Positions 54,247-64,000 of a stretch of 64,000 nucleotides of DNA are shown one piece after another (position 1 is the stretch's first letter; the number at the start of each line of letters is the position of its first letter). The translations under genes were made by a program, and so were the position numbers. Under the pieces are notes generated by a model that saw only the letters and a program-made list of their open reading frames with translations, was not told the origin of the DNA and did no database searches. Source of the stretch: Balanoglossus misakiensis (taxonomy: Eukaryota > Animalia > Hemichordata). Location: the NCBI GenBank assembly GCA_040954595.2, contig CM082581.2:10787099-10851098 (forward strand), given 5' to 3'.

Positions 54247-54282
54247 GGTCCTTTTCAGGACCACACATCCTCCAAAAAGGGA
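54247..54282 (+). promoter_or_regulatory. Histone-type 3' stem-loop plus histone downstream element (SLBP/U7 processing signal) downstream of PNRC
   Basis: GGTCCT-TTTC-AGGACC (54247-54262) is a 6-bp stem with a 4-nt loop matching GGYYYU-UYUN-ARRRCC. It is followed by ACACA (54263-54267) and purine-rich AAAAAGGGA (54274-54282). Confidence 0.8.
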
Positions 54283-54946
54283 TATACCGATAAAAAGGCT
54301 TGGTCTTTATTGACTTAGGCCTCTAAAGTGTATGAGTGTGCTGTGGTGAAGTTTGGGTGATGTGTGGGTTTTGTTTGTACTACGTGTTTGTGTGCCCCTT
54401 GCAGAAAGGGGACGTGTTCAAATTTGATTTATGTTTGTTGTTTCGTGATGTCTCTGAATGTTGAAGATTAACATGATGATTGGAACTGAAGATATGGACT
54501 GCTCGGTAATGGAGGTAGGTGACCACGACAATGCCAGACAAGACCATGGAAATTGTGTTGACAGCAGTGTAGGTTTGTATTGATCAATTGGAATGAAATA
54601 TGGAAGCGCAATAAGCTTATAACACGAGAAAGGGCCAAATTTTTATGTTTTCTGAACTGATCGTGAACACAAAAGACTGCGTTGCTATTACAACAAGACA
54701 TAGTCCGTTGCACGTCACAAAGCAAGCAAAATGTACCTTTCATATGCAAATACATGTTTAAATATTCATGTTTGCCGCCCTCTTGGCTTGACAGAAATCA
54801 ATGCAATTCCCAACATCAGATGAAATTTGAAACTGGCAGTTTGAAATTGGGAGTCAAATTCCAACAAGCTCAGAACTACATGTGTATTTTCAGTTTGCTT
54901 GATTTACGGCATTACCTGCCCTAACTAAGGGACAGAAATGTCCTTC

Positions 54947-54952
54947 AATAAA
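54947..54952 (+). promoter_or_regulatory. Likely PNRC polyadenylation signal
   Basis: AATAAA about 680 nt beyond the stem-loop. It faces a minus-strand AATAAA at 55111-55116, which may serve PRC1. Confidence 0.45.
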
Positions 54953-56377
54953 CACTTGGGTCACATCTGAAAAAAATAGACCTGCCATTATAAGCCGCTG
55001 TTGACTGATTCTGAATGATAACATACACACACACAGGTATAACATATCAATGGCTTGCCACAGCAGGCTACAGCTTCTAATCTACATCACAAAATGAATG
55101 ACAGCTGATGTTTATTTATGGGGACACGGCATATCAAAAGAATTGTGATATGACACACAAGCACAAAGCAAGCTAGAGGGTACAGGTGTTCAAATCATAT
55201 TTCTTGAAGTAAAGTTATTATTCACCCTGATGGCTACATACTCCCTAGTCAACTGCAGAATTTCAAATGCAATTGTGGCTGCTTTTAATACGCATGTACG
55301 AACCATCAATTCCAGTTCAACCTTGAATGACACCACCACCAGCATTCCTTATATGTTGGTGACTAGTATATTCCCAGTAATGCAGTCAACTGTCAGGTTT
55401 TATAATAATGTCGACTTTTATTTCATTATCACACACATGGGATATCCTATCAAGGCCACAAAATCTACCCCCCCCCCCAATAAAAAAATTGGCAGCTGAT
55501 TTTTGGGCTGTATGTACCCTGTGTATATTTGCTTTCTGATGTTGTATGTATTGCCATGTTTTGGTCAAATGTTACTGGACATATAGGACACATACATGTT
55601 ACAACACACAAAAATTACAAATACTAGTAGGCAGTGTTATAAAAAAAATAGAAATATAAATAATAGCTGCATGCACAAAATTAAGATAAAACTAACGTTA
55701 CAATTTATTAATTAAATTTCATGAGATTTCCCCTACAATCCAACACAAATCATAAGTATTTCAGTGTTTTGTGTGAGAAAACATGGCATCTTTGTACTAG
55801 AATATGAATTAAGGGTACCTATCTCCCACACAAAACACCCCCCCCCCCACCAATATGGCCCCCCTAGGCAGTGATAAAAATTGTTAAAATGGCAGTGTTG
55901 AATTCCCCTACAAACACAGGAAGTGAAAGGAGAAAGAAAAGACCTAATGTTTTTGTGTCCAGTGCCAAAAATTTAGTCAGAAAGAATGCATGTCCAAGGT
56001 TCTTATCATTCTACATAACAGTGTAGCCATTAAATTCTCAAATGAACCCCCTTTGCCATTTCCATGGTTACATTATCAGATACTGGTAATTTTGTCTCAC
56101 AAAAGTTGACCTACACATATACATTACTAGAAATATTTAATTCTGATCTATATACCGGTACTTAAAGAAAATTCAGTGGGCAGTGAAAAGAAAATTACAA
56201 AAAAATGGTAAATTTGAGACACAACAGCAGAACACGTTACACATTTCGGCATCAATGCTAACAAAAAACACTGTCTGTGCTTGTAAAAGGATCATTATCG
56301 GTATCATAAAAAGTGAGGCTCAAATGTTTTTCTATTTACAACGAAAGAAGGCAGCATGGGGGAAAAAAGGCAGTGGA

Positions 56378-59300
56378 TTATAATCCGGTGACTCGGCTGT
56401 GTGTTCCAAATGTCGGACTGGGCAGTGCGCTGCTACGGTAGTTGGATCGACCGCCTGAACTCAATCCATGCTACAATGAGAACAGATCAACAAGGCTACG
56501 GATTAGAAGACGAGATTTTAATAGTTGTAATTTCAGCCTCAAGATGCAGGAGTCTGGAGATGTACCATTATTTATAAAATTATGTCTGTTTTTTTCCCTT
56601 TTAATTCTACTAGTATATTTTGATATGTATATACTGTAGATATTTCACAGCTATTCACAGTGAAAAAATCCTAAATATTCAAAATGACTAAATGTGTACT
56701 AAAAAGAACAAAGGATCAATGCAAATGAAAGGAACATTCACTGTTACATTTTAAATCCTCTTGACAATATAGCTTGAATGACTGAAAATTTTTGGATATT
56801 GCAGACATATAATTGTCGATGTTTGATTTATACACTAATGGACTACCAGGCATACCTAATTTTACATCATTACTGATGAAGTCTGTTTTCTGTTTACTTT
56901 TTGGGCACCATCTTGTGGTAAAAAAATATTAATTCTGATTTAATAATTTATCAGGCGTTGAAATTTCTATCAAATGGCTTGAAAACTAGATGGTTAGGAA
57001 AACCTGCATGGAATTACCCAGGGGACTGCAGCAAAGCTGATAATTATGCATATTTGACCACAGCTGTGTTTACATCCATATCGCAGCTAATAAAATTTAC
57101 CATGAGCCACAACAATAAAAGCGGAATGAAAGACAGTCAATTTACATTGGCTAGCTTTTCAGCTTTGATCTGCAGATAAAAGAACATTTTCAGTACATCT
57201 AGTCCATGAGCATTATTATCCGACAAAGGGATGATTTATATACAGAAGAAACCAAGAAAAATTGCAGGGCTTTCCATGTGTCGCAAGGTGAATTGATGGG
57301 TGAACCAGCCCATCTATTTTGATGGCTACCCTTCTGCGTTTAGTGTTAGTCTGTATTCACATATTTATAACTTACAAAAGTGGGGATTTGGGAAGCTTTG
57401 GAATATGCAAATAAAGTAATATGCTAATAATAATAAGCCCTTCAAAAATCAGAAATTTGAACATCATACATGACTATGGTAGATAGTGTTTTTAGCTTTG
57501 ACCTGAGGTTGGAAGTGAAAATAAAAGCATAAAATACAATATTCATTTCAGTACAACCTGACAGTTTTGCTGCTCAGACAAAAATTAACTATGAATATCA
57601 AAAATAAACACCAGGTGACACAAAAAACTTTTGAACTTTGATAAGGACAAACACATTTGAAAAAGCATACATCTGGCTGATATGAAAAGTGACATGATAT
57701 GGCGAATGAAAAACAGAGTACCTCTATGATATGACACCAACCCCCAGAGCATTGTTTGACTGAAGTTAATAATTTAACTTACTGTGAAGTCGTCATATGA
57801 TCCGCATGTGGAAGCGATGGAGATATTAGTGGTTGCGTTGCTGCCAGTGCTGGCTGTGGCACCGCTCAGTGTTGTCGTGCTGAAAGCTGATGACGCTGTC
57901 GTGTCGGGGGTGTTACGGTCGCCTAAAGCTCTACGGTTGGATCGTCTTAGCGGGGTCTTGGAGGGTTTAGCCGGCGGCTGGAGGAATATGAGATGAGATG
58001 TTAGTTACTGGGTGGAGCCATGCATTTATCCTGGTGAGAGCAACCACCGAGGAAGACAGAGGACTCACATTTCGGCAAACTCTTCCTCGATTTCATCATC
58101 AAGATCGTCTTCCTCATGGATCTGTCGACACGCTAGCACTTTCTGAAAAAATCACGCCAGCAGCAACAAAGAATCACCTAAAGTCAGGTCATATTCGGCA
58201 ATAAACTTGAAATGATATCAAATTCCATGAATTTTCAGGAACATTCGAACAATGCACAGATACAAGTCCTGACTTCAATTCAATAAACATATGTGTAGTC
58301 ATAGATGTGTGTGTATGTGTGTTTGCAGAGAATGGTGTGAGCATGTCTTGCCAAATATGAAACCGCTGTATTTAGAAGCAATGACACATACCCCAGCTTT
58401 CTTGGCAGATTTTGGTGGTCGACCAGCTTTCAACGGTGATGGACAAATACTGGTGTGTGTGAAACCCAGTCTGGCTTTCGGTGATGGGGCCACAGTGCCA
58501 TTCATCTGTGGAACAAAAGTAAAAAGAAGAGAAAAAATGATGATCCATGATGATGTACATGTATATAAAGTTCATTTCATTTCAGTAGATGGATTCCAAA
58601 CTTCTGGTTTTTGGCTGTCCTACTTTCAACTTTTCTGTTCAGTGTAAAAACACTCACCCCTCGAAGTCTCTTTGGTGTTTTTGTGGGTGTTGTGGTTCCG
58701 ATGAATCTTCTTTTGACGGGCGTTGTTGGTTTGCTTCCCCATCTCATCTCTTGCTCTGTTTCCTTGGCTCTTGCTTTCAGCTTTAAAAAAGGGGAGATCA
58801 ATATTGTTCCACATAAGAAGTAGCATCAGACATTTGATAAAGATGACTAGTGTCAGCCAACTCAATCTTCAATGTGATTTACATTTCATAGCCATGCACT
58901 ATTTGCTAAAATGCCAAAAAAAACAAAAACAACATACCCTCAATTCTTTGTGAATTTGCTTCTCTTGTTCATGTGCCGTCCACTGCGCCTGTACATAATC
59001 CATAAATCTGCAGCCATCCACCAGGAACTCTACGCCTTTATCGGTTTCCCACTGTTTAATCCTTTCCCCCAGGTCCTTCTCAACCTGGCAACAGATCAAA
59101 TATCCGTGGAAATCAATGATAAATTCATACAATATACGCGGGAATAAAAATAACCATCACAAACTTTTTTCCAGAGTCAGCTGGTACAAGTATGTGTATA
59201 AATAATGATTCGTACTTGTCCCCATTTTATTTTTCAATATATTAGACATGCCCGATTAATGATTCAGGATTGATATCAGAGACAGATTCAACTTGATGCA

Positions 59301-62300
59301 TGGATGGGTCCAAGCCTACGGCATACACCGTCCTTCCTTCCTGGCCGATACACCCAGAGGGAATTTATAATTCTGTGAAACGTGGCAGCATTACAACATG
59401 TTATCATTTTACCTTCGGCAGTTCTTTTTGCAGTCTCTTTCTGGTCTTCTCTTCTTGCAGCAGATTACCGCCCCGGTTGGCAAATCTGTTTGGATCGTTG
59501 GCTTTTTTCTGAATCGAGAGTTTTGCAACATTTTGAGTTATATCAAATCACCAACACACTAAAAGCAACACGACTTAGTACAGGACACAAGTGCACAGCA
59601 GCTTTTGAAGTTGTGAGACATGGAAACGTGCAATTTACAACTACCCAGTATGCAAAGCAGATTGTAGAAGGGGTGCTACAATGCAAGACAAAATCACAGG
59701 CGAATGTCCTCTGTAGTTTTGTCTCAATACCCAGGAGAAGACCAAGTGCACATAAGAGTTTGATAGATTAGTACAGGAATTATTAGGGTCTGTTTGAGAC
59801 TGTTATCTCTTGGTAGAGGCTAGCAAAGCAGGTTCCATTCGGTTAACCTATAATTCTGACTATTCCCGAAGATGTCATGATTAGCTTTGGAACAGATTAG
59901 TTGCTGCCAAGTCTTCCTAGGCTGATAATAGCAAAGTCAGCATGACCATCGCACGGAGTTCAAACAGTCAACTAACAAACAGTGCTTACCTTCCTACATA
60001 CCTCAACCTACCTATGTACCATTTTATAACTATTTTTTTATCAACTGCAACAGACACTTCAGCATAAACTTAACTGATACTGCCCAATCAACCTGCTTCG
60101 ATTATAAAACTCATCTACTAAACTAAACTGAGGGGTAACTTTTTATCCCCTCTTCCTAAACTCAATGAATACCTACCTATACCTAGCAATGTTAGGAGAG
60201 AAAAAATTGGCTAGCTTTACCAAGAGTTAGAACATGCATGCATTAACAGGGAGTGAGTGAGTGAGTGAGTGAGTGAGTGAGTGAGTGAGTGAGTGAGACA
60301 ATCAGACACTTGGTGCGAGTGCAAATACTAGTATGTCAAAGTTAAGTGCAGCATGTTCTAAAGACACACAAAAGCAAGCCATCATGGGCAAAAACGCTGG
60401 AATTTAAAGCAAACACGCGAAAAACTGCAACTCGTACATGCAGAGCGTGTTCTCCGGACCAGCTGTCCCATCAAGAGTCTGACGGGACCTCGGGAGGACA
60501 ATTTTTGGTGTGTTTACCTCAAATTCCAGCATTTTTTTCCACATGTCTTCTCTCCTTTTGACCAGTTCCAGCATCTCCTGGTTTTCCTTGAAGTAATTCT
60601 TAACTTTCTGGATCTCCAGGTCGTGCAGTGCAAGCAACTCCTCCGTGAAATTGTCTGCCAAAAAAAAATCATACATATGAATACAGTAAACCCTTCACTG
60701 CTCAAAGTACAATATCATATTATGCAGTTTCTAACATTAGTTCATTAGTTCAAATAAAACTAGCTCGGACAGTAGCTATTACATGTACTTCTGGTATTAT
60801 TTTTAAATGCAAAACTATTTCCAGAGAAGAAAGAGAAGATTCTGTTACCATCATATGCCCCAATGAATGCATGTCTCTGTTGTCGACTGTAAAAACATTT
60901 ATCCCACCAAGTGACCAATTCCTGTCTGATCCCCTCCGTCACTTTCTGGATGTTCTGTTTCTTCAACTCCTCAAGTTCTGCCAGTTCCTTCCGTAGCTGG
61001 AAACCAAAATGCACCCACAGGTAAGGTTACATTTACCTCTCAGTGCAAAGTTTAGAAATCAATATGTATGAATACAGAACAAAGAGGACAACTTACAGCT
61101 TCAATAGTTTTTGGTTTGTATCCGTTGTGTTCTGCAAGAAACTGCTCTCTTTCTGACTTTTCTACCATCAGCCTGTCCCACAGTGTTACGATTTCTTCTC
61201 TCAGAATGTCGGCAGTGCTTACAGCTTCCTTCTGTTTGTCTTGCAACTGAAATAATAGTATATAGTCAGAAATGTGATAAATCCCAGTTTTCAGTGTTCT
61301 ATGGACATCAGACATTTGTGCATTTCTATGTGCAGTTGTGCACGCACAAAATTGTTCTCTATGAGAGCGTGAGGGAGGGAGAGTTCCAAAGAAAATGATT
61401 CTTACCTCTATGTGCAGAGTTTTCAGAGCGTGCATGTTTTCAGTGGAAAGAAGGAATGAGTCTTCCTCTTCACAAATGATGTCGCGTTCAAATGATGTGT
61501 TGGGACACTGTTCCAGGTCTTCCAGGATTCCAATGATGTCATTTTTGGTTTTTGTGAAGATGGTGGAGCGTGTGTCCTAGAGGTGGAAAGGTTACAGTCG
61601 TTGAAACACAGCCACTTCAAGAAATATGTGCAGTGTATCAAAGTTGACAAGTTGATAAATAATAACAACAACAACAAAAAACAACTGCAGTAAATTCAAA
61701 GTTATACCTTCTCAGCTTGCAGAGAATCAATATGTTCTTGCAGTGTTTCGAGTTGTTCTTCACTCGGTACACTACCAGTTGGCACATAGTATGGCGTGGT
61801 ACACAACACATCGCACAGATGCTGTTCTTTTTCTTTGTAGCGTTTCAGTTTCTGTAGCCTTTCGTGTTTCACCTTGCTCAGCTTATCAACCTGGGATCTC
61901 AGGTCTTTTTCCAACTGAAGAACGGTCAGATTTTCATCGGCCTGAAGGAAAGAAAAATCAATACAAGAATCAGATACCATGGTGAGTATGCTGCATTCAA
62001 CTTGATGCTGGAAAAAGACAATTTAGATGGAATCGAAGATAAATGTTCAAATTCCGCCAGCGAATGCAGCCATTAGGTCTGCTAATACATGTACACTGAA
62101 CCATCCCCGAGGCCCCACAACCAAATCTACCCTCCGACTCTGATACCAACCACACAGGCTGAACAACTCACCTCATAAGGTGGCAACGACAATTCTTCAC
62201 ACAATTTCATCAAATCTTCCACACACGATTCCACACTTCTCAGCAGTTTCTGGCGCAAACCCTCTTCTTCCGACACCATTTCATCCAGGAGAGCTCGCAG

Positions 62301-63232
62301 GTGGTGCATCACTACTTCCTGTCTTTCAACCCTCTGACTTTCACCAATGCCAATTTCGTCCCATATGGAATGTAACCTTTCCAAGGCTTGGATCAAGTGG
62401 GACCCAATCTCTTCCTTGATCATTTCCCTGCGATGAAAAAGTAAAAAAAAAAAAAACCTGAATTATTTTAATTGCTCACCCACATAAAATTCTGTCATTC
62501 ATGTAATAATCATTTCATGTTCTGTCTCTGGAAATGTGTTGACTGTCTTGGAGCCAGTCTATTCACATGTTAATAACCAAACAAAACACTGGGCATAAAA
62601 CAAAAGAATAGGCAGGGATTGTGGGACTGTCTGCCTATGTATTTACACAGGAAGACTGTGTATTGTTGACAACTGTTAATTTATGCAAGTGCCTAGAAAT
62701 GTGTGAATGTCATGGAGAAGGACGATTGTTATGAAGTTTGAGTTCTTTTCCTTAGTTACCAATCCTTCTTTCCAAGATTCATGGCAATATGATAGCTGCT
62801 GGTAGCACCGGGTTTCATTTGAACCCAAGCTTTGATAAATGCTATTTTCCAAAAGCATCATCATTGTATCCTTAGATCACCTCACCGTGTCATTTGGAAA
62901 GGGCGTCAGTTCCGTTGCGTCGAAATTACTGCTTCCGGTTGGCAGGGGATGATCGATGTCGTTTTGATTTCGGAGACAGTTCTGAAGTGCGAAATTCCAT
63001 GATCACGGACATGGATTTCTCCCAACTGATTGCAGTAATCTTATCAACATAATGACACACCAATGACCAAAATACAAGCTAAACCCTGAACCCGTCACAG
63101 ATCGTTCGCAATGACCAAATTGATATGTACATGTACACACATCTGATGAACATTGCACATACCTTACTACTGTACTCATTCATAAAATGACACAAAATTG
63201 ATCAGAAATGGCACTCACCGTTTGTTCTCCAT
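56378..63232 (-). CDS. PRC1: Protein regulator of cytokinesis 1 (MAP65/Ase1/PRC1 family; 13 coding exons, about 625 aa)
   Basis: Exons (minus): 63232-63219, 62427-62172, 61941-61708, 61576-61406, 61246-61097, 60996-60849, 60654-60518, 59508-59413, 59084-58938, 58780-58658, 58505-58392, 57977-57783, 56470-56378 (1878 nt). Motifs: [47 protein letters not shown] sites [10 protein letters not shown] and TPTKTPKR. An in-frame upstream ATG at 63238 is possible. Confidence 0.95.
60251..60297. repeat. (GAGT)n microsatellite, about 11 units, in a PRC1 intron
   Basis: Perfect tandem GAGT run read directly from the sequence. Confidence 0.95.
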
Positions 63233-63329
63233 TATCATTTAACCTAAATGAAGAATTTGACGAGTGAAAACTCTTGGGCGTGGCATAAAATTCTCTGTTT
63301 TGCTTCTCATATGCTCGGAACAGTTCCTG

Positions 63330-63480
63330 AGCTGGTTTTGAAAATCGTACCAAAATACCGTTCTGTGATTGGTCTATTCAAACTTCCTTTGTACCCATCA
63401 TGCATCGCGAAAGAAGGTGAACGAGAATGTTTCTGTGAATCTGTTTGAGGGCGCAAATCTCTTTGATCATTGGTAGCTTT
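63330..63480 (-). promoter_or_regulatory. PRC1 G2/M-type promoter (CHR and CCAAT boxes)
   Basis: Minus-strand TTTGAA at 63377-63382, CCAAT at 63368-63372 and 63469-63473, plus-strand TTTGAA at 63337-63342, and an E2F/CDE-like GGGCGCAAA near 63449. Confidence 0.55.
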
Positions 63481-64000
63481 TACACGTGGTGGTAGGTTCC
63501 TTGTGACAAAACTTCCGAACTACCACCTGTGGTTCTCGTTTTTTTTTTCAAGAAGCATGGTACAGTCTCTAACTTGACGTGTCAGCATGATTTGTTAGTA
63601 CATGACTTTGTTAAAAGTAAATGACGCATGCAGCCTCACACCGAAAAATATGTTTCACAAGCGCGTGTAATTTTTTGCTTATTTTTAAGTTTATTTTTAA
63701 GTCATGACGCCACCGTATGTATATATTGAACTTTTGAACCTATACCAGTTATACAACTGTTCTTCCATTGGTTGTTTTGGTCAACGTTGCGGGGCAAGGG
63801 TTACTTTTAAATGATAACAACGCGGTATTTCCCGAAGGTTCTGGTATAACTGCCCTTACAGATAAGTGTGGGTTTCGCATCCTACTGCCACATCACACCA
63901 GGCAATCCATCGAACTACTAGCAGAAAGGCGAACTCCGATACAATTTGGACTTTTTCAACTCAAAAGTCGTCTTTACAAAAACGATAAGTTGACTGCGAC

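Noticed and set aside
57225-57350. Possible extra PRC1 terminal exon ([11 protein letters not shown]...)
   Set aside because: Weak acceptor and no family similarity; the 56470-56378 exon fits better.

Overview
Eukaryotic, intron-rich animal genomic DNA. The gene content and repeat types look invertebrate, possibly lophotrochozoan, but the taxon cannot be fixed from sequence alone. Five protein-coding genes were rebuilt exon by exon with consistent GT-AG phases: cdc25 phosphatase (-, 12 exons), SLBP histone stem-loop binding protein (+, 7 exons, head-to-head with cdc25), an RNF38/RNF44 RING-H2 ligase (-, 10 exons, about 29 kb), a single-coding-exon PNRC (+) and PRC1/Ase1 (-, 13 exons). Mobile DNA comprises a deleted piggyBac in cdc25 intron 1, a 610-bp Kolobok/T2-type foldback MITE and a 91-bp TTAA mini-element. 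The most striking observation is at the non-histone PNRC locus: a perfect replication-dependent histone mRNA 3' stem-loop (GGTCCTTTTCAGGACC-ACACA) with a correctly spaced purine-rich downstream element at 54247-54282. The same locus also has tiled uORFs, a candidate intron that could excise the whole PNRC CDS, long 3'UTR duplexes and five Pumilio elements. This suggests a histone-type 3' end and multi-layer decay feedback on a UPF1 cofactor. All calls are from manual reading; no searches were run.
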